The notes beneath the pieces were generated by a model, which was not told the origin of the DNA, did no database searches, and worked only from the letters and a program-made list of their open reading frames with translations. Source: Phycisphaerae bacterium (GTDB lineage Bacteria > Planctomycetota > Phycisphaerae > UBA1845). From it: a stretch of 64,000 bases of DNA. A program made the position numbers and the translations under genes. Positions 51,355 through 61,349 of the stretch are shown in pieces; position 1 is the first letter of the stretch; every line of letters begins with the position of its first letter. The stretch spans positions 29,074-93,073 of the forward strand of contig JAJDDT010000009.1 of assembly GCA_029260165.1 (NCBI GenBank), given 5' to 3'.

Positions 51355-52743
51355 ATGCGTATCCTCGGATGTCTGATATCGATCTGGATGGCTGTCGGTT
51401 CGCCGGTGGCGGGCGAGGGGTCAACCCCGGACACGCTCGAACAGGCGTTGGAAAAAGCCAAAGCAAAGCGGGCGTATGTCGTTGTTGCAATCTATGACAA
51501 CGATTGCGAGGACTGCCGACGATTCGACAACGAAACATTCCCTGACGACCGCATCGTTGACTGGCTCGACAAGCGGGGCGTTCTGGTGCGGGTCAACCGC
51601 AGCGAAGAAGCGGGGAAAGCGGTGGCTGAAAAATACAGGATCAGCGATGTTCCATCGATTCTGATTCTGTCCAGCCACGGGCGTGTTCTGGGGGTGCAAC
51701 CGGCCTTTGTACCGCCGTTGAGGCTGATGCTCCGCCTGGAGGCGGTGGTCAACAGCAGGAACATTCGATCAAAAAAGGGTGTCCTTGATGCGTGGGCGGG
51801 ACAGGATGTGGTGCTGGCCGCCGTGGACCGTGCGAAGATATTTGCCAGGGAGGGCAGGCTTGAGGAAGCGCACGTCGAAATCAACTGGGCCATTGATCAC
51901 AGCGCCGCCAAAAGCCCACTGTTCCAGGTGAAGCATCTCGCCGAGCTGATGTCGGTGTACGCGACGATCGCAAAGCAGCATTCCCCTGCGATGGAGGAGT
52001 TGAAAACACGCTTGCGTGTGGCTGATCGCGCGGTTGTGCGATCCAGACGCAGCCAAACCTACGAGATGTATTTCATCCGCGGCGGATATCGATCGCTCGA
52101 GCAACCGGAAAAAATCGTCGATATCTACGACCGCGTGAAACGCATCACACCCGACGGTGTCAACGTTGCAGCCTTCAGGCAGCTCATTTACGCCGAACTG
52201 CTCGACGCCCAGCGGTATGACGAGCTGATGTACACCGTGGATGACGGTGCGGACGTCGATCTGTTTCTCGAAGAAGCCCGCAAGACGCGACGGTCTCCGG
52301 AAAGCGTCAGATTTACGCTGGCTGCCCGATATGAGATTCTTCTCGGACTGGCCCGATTCGATGACGCCAAAATACTGGCAGACAAACTGGTCGCCTATGC
52401 AGACACACCCGCCACACTTGTGTCGCTCGCAGAGGCCGCCTATCGCAGCGGCAGATCGACCCATCACGATGTCCATCGAACGACGCAGGCATACGAAACG
52501 ACGGGCGGCAGGAATGCAAATGTCGCCACCGCGCTGGCTTACCTGTTGGCGAGTCGTTCATCCTCACCCGACAAAGCCATCAAGATTATCAACGACACCA
52601 AAGAGAAAGTTGAATCCGACACCGCCGTCGCAAGGCTCGACAAGTGTCTGGCTGACATTCAATCGGGCAACATCCGCATGGCTGCCATGACCAGACGCGA
52701 GCCGATCAAGCCGAAATACCCACACGGAAAGCGGAAGTATTAA
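51355..52743 (+). CDS. secreted thioredoxin-fold protein with a helical-repeat C-terminal domain
   Basis: AGGAG RBS and a signal peptide. A thioredoxin-like segment (AYVVVAIYDNDCEDCRRFDNE...YRISDVPSILIL) carries a CxxC motif. Confidence 0.65.
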   Translation: MRILGCLISIWMAVGSPVAGEGSTPDTLEQALEKAKAKRAYVVVAIYDNDCEDCRRFDNETFPDDRIVDWLDKRGVLVRVNRSEEAGKAVAEKYRISDVPSILILSSHGRVLGVQPAFVPPLRLMLRLEAVVNSRNIRSKKGVLDAWAGQDVVLAAVDRAKIFAREGRLEEAHVEINWAIDHSAAKSPLFQVKHLAELMSVYATIAKQHSPAMEELKTRLRVADRAVVRSRRSQTYEMYFIRGGYRSLEQPEKIVDIYDRVKRITPDGVNVAAFRQLIYAELLDAQRYDELMYTVDDGADVDLFLEEARKTRRSPESVRFTLAARYEILLGLARFDDAKILADKLVAYADTPATLVSLAEAAYRSGRSTHHDVHRTTQAYETTGGRNANVATALAYLLASRSSSPDKAIKIINDTKEKVESDTAVARLDKCLADIQSGNIRMAAMTRREPIKPKYPHGKRKY

Positions 52744-52762
52744 CAACGTCCCCGACGATGGC

Positions 52763-53908
52763 CTATCTGCTCAACGGCCTGGGAACCGGTGTTCGGTCGT
52801 GAAGCAACGCAAGGATGGACATAGCTGTCCCATAGTTTCGCGATCGTGCGAATACGCGATCGTTCCACGTTCCATCCTCGTCGCGCGTGCGCCCCAGCTT
52901 TTCATCGAACCTCGTACGCTCGCGGGCACGATCAGGCTCGGGGAGCATCTCGATCGCCTGGGCTGCGTACCGATGGGCGAAGTAGAAGTAGTACGGTGCA
53001 ATGCCATACGGCGGGACATGCGTTCCGTTCTGCTTGCGACGTTTTTCCAGCTCGTCCCAGTGCTCGTGAAATGCGTCAATCGCCGTCTGAATCGATTCCT
53101 GCGAACCATGTCCCAGCAGAAGCAACGTTGTCTCGCAAAGCGGTGAACGACCGATGGACCCGGGCACCTTCGCACGGGTACTCCTGCGACGGGGGGAATC
53201 GGAGGTTCCGCTGTAGTGAAAAGCGCCATTGGATTCCCTGCTCGATTCAAGCACATTTCGGGCGTTATCAAAAACCTCGTTTGAAACCACCACACCCTGC
53301 GCGCGAGCGTAGAGCAGCGACTGCACAACCGGTGCGGTCACAAACGACGCGTGACTCCGGCGCGACGCGTAATTCCAGCCACCGTCCTCAAGCTGTTCCG
53401 CCACCAGTGTCGTCGCCAGTTTGCTTACCCATCGCTCGATCTCGTCAGCCCGTTTGCCCGCTCGATTTTGCTCCAACAGGTGACAGAAGAATTGCAAAGC
53501 GTAAGCCTGTCCCCAAACGCGGACGTCGTAGCGACTCACCAGACTCTCCTGCATGAGCGAATGATCAAGGTGCGCGAGGATGTACTCGATTCCCCTGGAC
53601 ATCGCCTGCTGCGATTTGACATTGTCCCTGTCCGCAGCCAACAGCAATGCCTCGCACGCGATCGCGGTTCCGCCGACACGATACCCCACGGGAATCTCAC
53701 CACCAACACGGTACACGCCCTCATAAGGCCACATCCCGCCTTCCTCCTGAATCGAGACGAGTTGGTCGATCGCGACGTCGATCAATGTCGCATTCGCTCG
53801 CTTGGCGGGGTCGTTTGGGGTCTCAGGATTACGCGACGGTTGTAGACAGGCTGTATTCAGTGTGATCGCCACGATGAACAGCCACCCGATGATTGATGTT
53901 GTTTTCAT
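52763..53908 (-). CDS. secreted prenyltransferase/terpene-cyclase-like alpha-alpha toroid repeat protein
   Basis: Signal peptide MKTTSIIGWLFIVAITLNTA. Repeated Q..DGGW-type motifs: QEEGGMWPY, QLEDGGWNY, SNGAFHY, DEDGTWND. Confidence 0.65.
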   Translation of the reverse strand: MKTTSIIGWLFIVAITLNTACLQPSRNPETPNDPAKRANATLIDVAIDQLVSIQEEGGMWPYEGVYRVGGEIPVGYRVGGTAIACEALLLAADRDNVKSQQAMSRGIEYILAHLDHSLMQESLVSRYDVRVWGQAYALQFFCHLLEQNRAGKRADEIERWVSKLATTLVAEQLEDGGWNYASRRSHASFVTAPVVQSLLYARAQGVVVSNEVFDNARNVLESSRESNGAFHYSGTSDSPRRRSTRAKVPGSIGRSPLCETTLLLLGHGSQESIQTAIDAFHEHWDELEKRRKQNGTHVPPYGIAPYYFYFAHRYAAQAIEMLPEPDRARERTRFDEKLGRTRDEDGTWNDRVFARSRNYGTAMSILALLHDRTPVPRPLSR

Positions 53909-53923
53909 GGCTGAGACCGTAAC

Positions 53924-53957
53924 AAAAAAAGCCCGAAGCGGGTAGCTCCGGGCTTTT
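53924..53957 (-). terminator. rho-independent terminator after the FG-GAP gene (hairpin flanked by A7 on one side and T4 on the other)
   Basis: gcccgaagc (53931-53939) / gctccgggc (53945-53953). The minus-strand RNA ends in U7. It starts 25 nt past the stop at 53982. Confidence 0.7.
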
Positions 53958-53981
53958 GGAAACCTGTTTGATCCTGTGTCG

Positions 53982-55775
53982 CTACGACGCGACGACCACT
54001 GTGCGGCGGTTGAACACAATCGTGCCCGCCGTCAACACGAGCAGTGTCATCACGACAATGCCCCACTCGGAAACCGTCGGAATCACAGGCACACCGTTGA
54101 GCGTGATGTTGATCGCGTAGTCACCGGTTTGCGACGCGACAAACGACACAACCTCCTCAACGCCCACCGTGCCGCGATCAGACGTGTCGACCAGCGTCCC
54201 GTTCGGATTGCGAACCTCGAGGGTATAGTCGCTCGCCGAACTGAGAATAATCGCCACGTTTGCACCGGAAGGAATCGACGGCAGCGTGTAGGAATCAGTC
54301 GTTCCGCCGGCAGCCGACGGTCCCGAGGCAGCGCTCGCCGCCGCCGGAGGAACCGTACCATGGGCGATGGCTTCGATCGTGTACGTCGATGCCCCGACCG
54401 TGCCGTTGATGGCGACCGGATCGTTGTTGTAGATGACCGGCAGCGTCGAACCCTGAACGCCTTCGTCCAGAGGCGTCGTCGGCTCGTTCAGGTACAGGAA
54501 CTCACCGCCGAATCCACCGATCAGCAGGTCGTCATCGAAATCATTGTCCACATCAATCGCGGCTGCGTGCCAACCCCCCAGAGTCGATCCATTGGGAAAC
54601 GACGCAGGTGTCCAGTCGACAAAGTTGAGCGCGCCACCAAAGCTGCAGTTGCGAAGCAGTGTCGGCCTGCCCGACTCCTTCATCACGAAAATGTCAAGGT
54701 CGCCGTCGCCGTCGAAGTCGGCGATCGTGGCTTTGCGGGATGTCTGCGACGTGACCGACGACGGAAGACTCGAAAACGTGGAAAAGGTTGCTTTGTTGCT
54801 GATGTCCAGCCCTGTGTTGATCTTGATTATATCGCCGGTGGGATTTGTTCCGTTCGACCAGTAGATATCCTGATCCCCGTCGCCATCGAAATCTCCGGGC
54901 TCCATCGAGTTTTCATTGGACCCTGCTGAACCGAGCGACTGCGAGCTGTTCGTGTATCGGTAGTCGCCGACGCCCGATCCTGCGTTCATGTTGTCGTTGT
55001 AGTAAATAAAGTTTGAGTCAAATATCTCGTTGGAAATGAGCAGGTCCAGCTTTCCGTCACCGTTCATGTCAGCCGCTGCAACATCAACCGTGTAGTCCCC
55101 GTCCGCGGGCACCATTGTGCCGGTGACCTCCGTAAACTGCCCAGCGACAGCCGCCGGGTTGTTGAAATACTGCGTATCCTGAGAAGGTCCGGGATAGTTG
55201 CCAACGTACAAATCGAAATCGCCGTCGTTGTCCGCGTCGATCGACACACCGCTGCACGCCGCTCCGCCGGTGCTGAGACCAAGTCGCGTCAGACCCTCGT
55301 CGACAAATGTGCCGTTGAGCTGCTGAATGTAAATCTTGGTCCGACCAGCCTGCCCCCCTGAGTTGCTGTCGTTGACAACGATGATGTCCATCATCCCATC
55401 CATGTTGTAGTCGCGCAGGAACCCGCTGCGTGTGACATCCGAGTTGGCGAATCCGGGAATAACCGGCGCCCCGCTGACCTCGACGAGACCAGTCGTGCCC
55501 GATTCAATGAGGTCATTTCGATAGAGCTTGTTGCGGCGTGCTCCAAAGTCGTCCTGTGCGTTGGCCACCAGAACGTCCAGATCACCGTCGTTATCATAGT
55601 CGGCGATTTCGACTTCCTTCTCCCCGTCACTAACACCAGCCAACGATGACACAGAACCGCTGCTGTCCACGAAATGCAACGCGCCACCACCACCAGCCTG
55701 GACGGCTGCACTCAACCCGCCCACAACCAGGGCAACCAACGCAACAATCGTTCCACTCGAACACTTTCGATGCAT
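53982..55775 (-). CDS. FG-GAP/VCBS-repeat (integrin-alpha-like beta-propeller) protein with an IPTL-CTERM-type sorting tail
   Basis: Signal peptide MHRKCSSGTIVALVALVVGGLSAAVQA. Repeated DxDxDGDxD loops (DYDNDGDLDVLV, DADNDGDFDLYV, DMNGDGKLDLLI, DFDGDGDQDIY, DFDGDGDLDIFV). C-terminus IPTVSEWGIVVMTLLVLTAGTIVFNRR. Confidence 0.8.
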   Translation of the reverse strand: MHRKCSSGTIVALVALVVGGLSAAVQAGGGGALHFVDSSGSVSSLAGVSDGEKEVEIADYDNDGDLDVLVANAQDDFGARRNKLYRNDLIESGTTGLVEVSGAPVIPGFANSDVTRSGFLRDYNMDGMMDIIVVNDSNSGGQAGRTKIYIQQLNGTFVDEGLTRLGLSTGGAACSGVSIDADNDGDFDLYVGNYPGPSQDTQYFNNPAAVAGQFTEVTGTMVPADGDYTVDVAAADMNGDGKLDLLISNEIFDSNFIYYNDNMNAGSGVGDYRYTNSSQSLGSAGSNENSMEPGDFDGDGDQDIYWSNGTNPTGDIIKINTGLDISNKATFSTFSSLPSSVTSQTSRKATIADFDGDGDLDIFVMKESGRPTLLRNCSFGGALNFVDWTPASFPNGSTLGGWHAAAIDVDNDFDDDLLIGGFGGEFLYLNEPTTPLDEGVQGSTLPVIYNNDPVAINGTVGASTYTIEAIAHGTVPPAAASAASGPSAAGGTTDSYTLPSIPSGANVAIILSSASDYTLEVRNPNGTLVDTSDRGTVGVEEVVSFVASQTGDYAINITLNGVPVIPTVSEWGIVVMTLLVLTAGTIVFNRRTVVVAS

Positions 55776-55985
55776 AAACCAATCCCTTCTTTCTCGCTGT
55801 TCCGACGGAAAGTGGTAGACAGACACACCCTCACCACCGACCTGACAGGAGACCCGCCGGAGGGCGTAGCGTATCAAAATCAGCCCGCGAGCAGGCAACA
55901 TTATCGCACCTTCGCGAATGAAAAATCTAACCGATAATGCAATTCGGCCAAAAACTACAATATCACTGTATTGAGGCTGGGCAGA

Positions 55986-56996
55986 TCAGGATTTACCCCT
56001 GTCGTGGAACGACATGACCTTTTCGACTTCCTCCGTACTCCCAATCAGCAGCGGCGTGCGCTCGTGAAGGGCGTCAGCCCGTTTGTCCAACAGGCGTTCG
56101 TTGAAATCCCAGGCAGCTCCACCCGCCTGCTCGGCAATAAACGCGAGGGGGTTGGCTTCGTATAGAAGTCGCAGTTTGCCCTTCGGGTTCTTCCTGGTGG
56201 GCGGGTAAAGAAAGACCCCGCCCTTGAGCAACGTGCGATGAAAATCAGCCACCAGCGATCCGATGTAGCGCTGTCCGTAGCCATTGTGTTTCGTCCAGTC
56301 GAGGTACTTTTGGACCGGATCGGGGAACGAATCGTAGTAGGCTTCGTTGACGCTGTAGGTCTTGCCGCTGGTCGGCATCTGGAGGTGCTCGGTGTGCAGT
56401 GTAAACGCACCGATCGACGGATCGAGTGTGAACAGGTGCACGCCCTGACCCGTGGTGTACACCAACACCGTGCTGCTGCCATACACGACGTAGCCAGCCG
56501 CAACCTGATACGATCCGCGTTGCAGGATGTGCGGGAGGGTGCCCTCGGACTCGTCAATATCCTCGCGGCAACGCAGTACGGAGAAGATGGTCCCGATGGT
56601 TACGTTGACGTCGATATTGCTCGATCCGTCCAGCGGATCGAACAGAATGATGTACTTCCCACCGGATCCGGGTGATTTCACGATCGTCGGTTCGTCGTCC
56701 TCTTCGGAGACCATGATTCCGACGATGTCGCGGTATCCGAGCACGCGAAGGATCGTCTCGTTGGCGACGATGTCGAGCTTCTGCACGACTTCGCCCTGTA
56801 TGTTTTCGGTTCCGAGTTCGCCCAACACCCCGGCAATACCCGCGCGACGAACATAGGACTCGATAATACGCGTCGCCAGGGTAATGCCCGAAAGAATCCA
56901 GGTGAGGTCTCCCTTGGCTTCGGGAAACGCACGTTGTCTTTCGGCGATGTGCTGAACGATCGTGATGATCGGTCGGGTCAATGGCTCGCGGCTCAT
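55986..56996 (-). CDS. fbp: fructose-1,6-bisphosphatase class 1
   Basis: GEVVQKLDIVANE, SEEDDEP, FDPLDGSSNIDVN, YGSSTVLVYT, GGVFLYP. Confidence 0.95.
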   Translation of the reverse strand: MSREPLTRPIITIVQHIAERQRAFPEAKGDLTWILSGITLATRIIESYVRRAGIAGVLGELGTENIQGEVVQKLDIVANETILRVLGYRDIVGIMVSEEDDEPTIVKSPGSGGKYIILFDPLDGSSNIDVNVTIGTIFSVLRCREDIDESEGTLPHILQRGSYQVAAGYVVYGSSTVLVYTTGQGVHLFTLDPSIGAFTLHTEHLQMPTSGKTYSVNEAYYDSFPDPVQKYLDWTKHNGYGQRYIGSLVADFHRTLLKGGVFLYPPTRKNPKGKLRLLYEANPLAFIAEQAGGAAWDFNERLLDKRADALHERTPLLIGSTEEVEKVMSFHDRGKS

Positions 56997-57075
56997 CGAA
57001 TGGTGTCCTGTTCAGGGATCAACTCGGTTTTCAGACCAGAAAAGCAGCCTACTCACTCGACCTCTCTCAGGCAAC

Positions 57076-58878
57076 CTAACGCGGACGCTGCTGGTGGAAC
57101 ATGTCCAGATACGCTTGAATCTGCGGTTGATTCGGCGCGATCTTGTCGGCGTCGCTCATGACCGTGATGGCATCATCGATTCGCCCGGATCGAAAATAGG
57201 CATCGCCCAACTCGATTTTTACCTGCACGTTTTCGGGCAGAAGATCAGCCGCCTTTTCAAGATGAACGACGGCTTTTTCGTAATGCCCCAACCGACGGAG
57301 ATTGCCGCCCAGGTTGAAATGTGCGGTCGCATTGTCAGGGTCCAGCTCCAGGACCTGCTCGAGTGTTGCGAGGGCTTCGTCCACCTTGCCCTGGCTGAAC
57401 CGAAGCCTGACCAGTTCGTTCAGGATGTTCATTGATTCCGGAGCGATCGCCAACGCCTCCTCAAGGTACGTCTCTGCCGGTACATCTTCATGACGGAAAT
57501 AGTGGTAGGACGCCAGCCCCACCTTGATCTGTGCCCAGTCGAACAGTCCGTACGCGTCAACCACCATAAAATGGTCGTAGCTGCTCTTGATGATGTCATC
57601 CTGATTGGGCAACGGGTTGTGTGACGTTCGCAAATGCTGATTGCGATAGTGCTGGCCCAAATGGCGATGATACTGAATGAATCCACAATGGGCAGTGAAT
57701 ATCACCCAGCAAAGACCGATTGCGGAGAATGCGTATCCGCTCGTCGCCATTCTGCCCGCTGTTTTGAGTTTCAGGTTCTGAATGCGCACGGTTGGTTTGC
57801 GAATCATCGCCCAAAGCCGAAAACAAAGGAACGCTGTCAGCGCCCCAAGTGGTAGTGCCATGAGAAACGGCGGACCGCCATAAATCCCGCGAAAAGACAC
57901 CATGGCTGCCAGAAAAATGACCAGAAACACCACCTCCGCCCCGAGCGACAGATCGTAGTATTTCCTGGGTTTGGATTGCCCGGTGAGTTTCTTTTTCAGG
58001 CTTGGCTTCGTGAAACCGAAGTACAGCGCATCGTTGGGACAGACGCTCACGCAGTCCATGCACTTCATGCACCCCGGATCCACCACCATGCCATAATGTT
58101 TGACCTCTTCATGAACGCGCACGTTTGAGGTACAGGTGGCTGTGCAGTGTCCGCATTGCTCGCACGCATCGGTCACCAGAATCCTGCCGGCTGACAACTT
58201 GTCGATCGGTGCGAAAAATCCGCCATACGGACACGAATAGGAACAAAACGCCTTCGACCCCAGGAAGTAGACAGCCACGAATCCGCAGGCAATCACCGTC
58301 AGCACCGAAAAAACAGGTCCCGGAAATGTTTTCCAATACTCCGTCGTCATCAGATGATTCGAGAACCCCGGAAAAGGGTTGACCAGTTCCGGAAGGAATA
58401 CCCGCGCAAACGTCGGCCAGAGGAACATGTAAACAGCCGCCCCAAACGGAATCCAGAGCATCAGTCGCGAGCGAAAAGGCTGAGGCTTGATCCCGATCCT
58501 TTTCATCAGCCACGCGCAGAGGTCCTGATAGGCAAGGAGGTGACACCCCCATCCACAGAAGAATCGTCCGAAAATCGCGACCGACATCATGGCCACGAGA
58601 AAGAAAATCGCCCCCGCGTTTAGCTCGCCATTTCTCAACGTGTACATGGTTTCGGAGGGTTCAACCGGCGACAGGGTTTTGCCCGCGTACAAATAGTGCC
58701 CCAGATGGGCAATCATCAGCACATGCACTGCCGTGAGCGATATCGCCCGCCACCTGCCCGACCGGGATTTTCGGATTTTCGACGGCTTGTTCGTCCCAAG
58801 CACCGGCAACGGCAGGCTGCCCGGTTTTTTCGTACCGTCGCAGTGCCTCTCGGTCGCAGTCTGCCCTTCGCGTGTCAC
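57076..58878 (-). CDS. NapH/MauN-like 4Fe-4S-binding polytopic membrane protein fused to a C-terminal TPR domain
   Basis: FFCGWGCH, CSYSCPYGGF, CEQCGHCTATC and CMKCMDCVSVCP, about 8 TM helices, and TPR repeats at the C-terminus (AHFNLGGNLRRLGHYEKAVVHLEKA...). Confidence 0.75.
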   Translation of the reverse strand: MTREGQTATERHCDGTKKPGSLPLPVLGTNKPSKIRKSRSGRWRAISLTAVHVLMIAHLGHYLYAGKTLSPVEPSETMYTLRNGELNAGAIFFLVAMMSVAIFGRFFCGWGCHLLAYQDLCAWLMKRIGIKPQPFRSRLMLWIPFGAAVYMFLWPTFARVFLPELVNPFPGFSNHLMTTEYWKTFPGPVFSVLTVIACGFVAVYFLGSKAFCSYSCPYGGFFAPIDKLSAGRILVTDACEQCGHCTATCTSNVRVHEEVKHYGMVVDPGCMKCMDCVSVCPNDALYFGFTKPSLKKKLTGQSKPRKYYDLSLGAEVVFLVIFLAAMVSFRGIYGGPPFLMALPLGALTAFLCFRLWAMIRKPTVRIQNLKLKTAGRMATSGYAFSAIGLCWVIFTAHCGFIQYHRHLGQHYRNQHLRTSHNPLPNQDDIIKSSYDHFMVVDAYGLFDWAQIKVGLASYHYFRHEDVPAETYLEEALAIAPESMNILNELVRLRFSQGKVDEALATLEQVLELDPDNATAHFNLGGNLRRLGHYEKAVVHLEKAADLLPENVQVKIELGDAYFRSGRIDDAITVMSDADKIAPNQPQIQAYLDMFHQQRPR

Positions 58879-58991
58879 GATACGATCTCCACCCCGGGGC
58901 GGCGGGTTGTTTGAGTCTCAACGGTTGGCCCGTAGAATGATCCCATGACCAGCGGATTGTATCACATGCCCCGTATCCTCACAGGCACCCG

Positions 58992-61322
58992 ATGCAGGGG
59001 CGGGGCGAAAAGATGAGCGAATCAGCACCCGATCCCCGGGAATCCGTCGAACAGTGTCTCGATGACCGATTGGCTGAGCACCCGATGCTCGAGAGGCGTA
59101 TCTATCGCCAGCTTCTGGTCGCGTTGCACACGCGGGACATCGTCTCAATCGACAGAATCAACGGAGAAGCACGCGAAAAGGCGGGAATCACACCACACGT
59201 CTCAAACGATAATCCCAACGCCCCCGCGGACCACCGCATGGACGACGCCCATCTTCGGATCGCCAACGAACTGATTCGCGAATACGCCTGCAAAAACATG
59301 ACGGTCGCCCAGGTGGAGGATCTCGTCAATCTCGTCCACAAACGTGAGGAAGCCCAGAGCCTGGCCGAGGTCGCCAACCTGCCTTCCGTCTCCTTTCGAC
59401 TGCTGGTGGAACGACTGCGAAGATTCACCTCGTTGCCCCTCGGTGAAACACGTGTCGATCCCTCGGAAATGTATGGTGTGCGCGCAGCGCTCGCGCGACA
59501 TTTCATCAGCGACGACCTGGAATTTATCGGCGTTGCCAAGCACCATCTCCGCGTTCGCGACTATGACGACCTGACCCGACGCATCATCGGCAGTGATGCC
59601 AACATGGGACGCATCGGCGGAAAAGCGGGTGGCATGATCCTTGCCCACCGTGTCATCCACAACGCCGACCTCAACGCCGGCGCCGATCTCCCCATCACGA
59701 TCCCCGAATCCTACTACCTCCGCAGCGACGTCATCGACCAGTTTCTCGAACTCAATGGCCTGTCCCATTACCACAATCAGAAATACAAGGATATTCAGGA
59801 GATAAAGAACGAGTATTCGCTCATCAAAGGCGTATTCCGAAACTCCTCGTTTCCCGTCGAAATTGTCCACCAGCTTCGATCCCTGCTCGAAACAATCGAC
59901 AACGACCCACTCATCGTGCGATCGTCAAGCCTGCTCGAGGATCGCATGACCTCCGCCTTCAGTGGCAAATACGACAGCATCTTCGTGCCCAATCAGGGAC
60001 CGCTCGAAGTCAGGCTTCGTGCACTCCTCGGTGCCATCGGGGAGGTTTACGCGAGCACGCTGGGACCGGATCCGATTCTCTACCGCAGAAAACACCAGCT
60101 CATCGATTACGTCGAGGAGATGGCCATCCTGATCCAGCGCGTGGTGGGCAAGCGCGTCGGCAAATATTTCATGCCCGTTTTCGCGGGTGTTGCATTTTCA
60201 CGAAACGAGTATCGCTGGTCACCACGCATCAAGCGCGAGGACGGTTTCGTCCGCATGGTCATGGGACTCGGCACGCGCGCCGTCGATCGTGTCGGCGGCG
60301 ACTATCCCCGAATGGTCGCCCTCGGTGCCCCCACCCTCAGACCCGAAAACTCCCCGACCGAAATCCTCGCCCGCGCCCAACGCACCATCGATGTCATCAA
60401 CCTCGAGGAAAACACCTTCGATTCCATCACGCTCCCGCAATTGCTTGAATCCGCCGGCAGCATCCCCATGCTCGACAAACTCGTGTCCATTCATCGCGAT
60501 GGTGAACTCTACAGCCCCGCCGGCAGGTTCATCTCCGATCCACCCGAAAAACTCAGCATCACCTTCGACAAGCTTTTGAACGAAACGTCGCTCGCCGAAC
60601 GCATTCAGCAAGTTTTGCGACACCTGGAAACCGCCTTCGGGCGACCCGTCGACGTTGAGTTCTGCTGCGACGGCGAAAAAATGTACATGCTGCAATGCAG
60701 AGGGCAACACCAGGCCGCCGACATCGGCAGGGTCGAAATCCCGGAAGACATCCCACAGGATCGAGTCATCTTCTCCGCCAACAAATATGTGCGAACCGGC
60801 CGAGTCTCCAATATAGAATACATTGTTTACATCAATTCACGCATCTACAACAAAATCGATACCAATGATCGCCGCCTCGCCATCGCACGCGTCGTCGGAC
60901 GGGTCAACGCCGCCCTCGTCGGCAGGGAATTCATCCTCGCGGGTCCGGGTCGATGGGGCACGACCGACATCCGCCTGGGCGTTCGCGTCAGCTACGCCGA
61001 CATCAACAACGCCCGTATGCTGATCGAAATCGCCCGCGAACGTGATGGCCTCGTGCCCGAGGTCTCCTTCGGTACCCACTTTTTCCAGGACCTCGTGGAG
61101 GACGACATCGCCTACCTGCCGCTCTACCCCGACAAGCCCGACTACGTGTTCAACGATGATTTTTTCAACCAGACACCCAACGTGCTCGAAACCATTTCAC
61201 CGCGAGACGCCGATTTCGCAACGGAAGTTCGCGTCATCCATGTGCCGGCGGTGGCGGGTGGAAAACTCCTCGAAATCGCGCTGGATGGCGAAACCGATCG
61301 CGCGATCGCCTATCTGAAATAA
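58992..61322 (+). CDS. PEP/pyruvate-binding-domain protein (PpsA/PPDK N-terminal ATP-grasp-like); alternative ATG at 59013
   Basis: LIVRSSSLLEDRMTSAFSGKYDSIFV is the hallmark motif of the PEP-utilising-enzyme nucleotide-binding domain. No phosphohistidine swivel or PEP-binding TIM domain was recognised. Confidence 0.75.
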   Translation: MQGRGEKMSESAPDPRESVEQCLDDRLAEHPMLERRIYRQLLVALHTRDIVSIDRINGEAREKAGITPHVSNDNPNAPADHRMDDAHLRIANELIREYACKNMTVAQVEDLVNLVHKREEAQSLAEVANLPSVSFRLLVERLRRFTSLPLGETRVDPSEMYGVRAALARHFISDDLEFIGVAKHHLRVRDYDDLTRRIIGSDANMGRIGGKAGGMILAHRVIHNADLNAGADLPITIPESYYLRSDVIDQFLELNGLSHYHNQKYKDIQEIKNEYSLIKGVFRNSSFPVEIVHQLRSLLETIDNDPLIVRSSSLLEDRMTSAFSGKYDSIFVPNQGPLEVRLRALLGAIGEVYASTLGPDPILYRRKHQLIDYVEEMAILIQRVVGKRVGKYFMPVFAGVAFSRNEYRWSPRIKREDGFVRMVMGLGTRAVDRVGGDYPRMVALGAPTLRPENSPTEILARAQRTIDVINLEENTFDSITLPQLLESAGSIPMLDKLVSIHRDGELYSPAGRFISDPPEKLSITFDKLLNETSLAERIQQVLRHLETAFGRPVDVEFCCDGEKMYMLQCRGQHQAADIGRVEIPEDIPQDRVIFSANKYVRTGRVSNIEYIVYINSRIYNKIDTNDRRLAIARVVGRVNAALVGREFILAGPGRWGTTDIRLGVRVSYADINNARMLIEIARERDGLVPEVSFGTHFFQDLVEDDIAYLPLYPDKPDYVFNDDFFNQTPNVLETISPRDADFATEVRVIHVPAVAGGKLLEIALDGETDRAIAYLK

Positions 61323-61349
61323 ACCAACGGACGAAAGGGAACACCCAAC

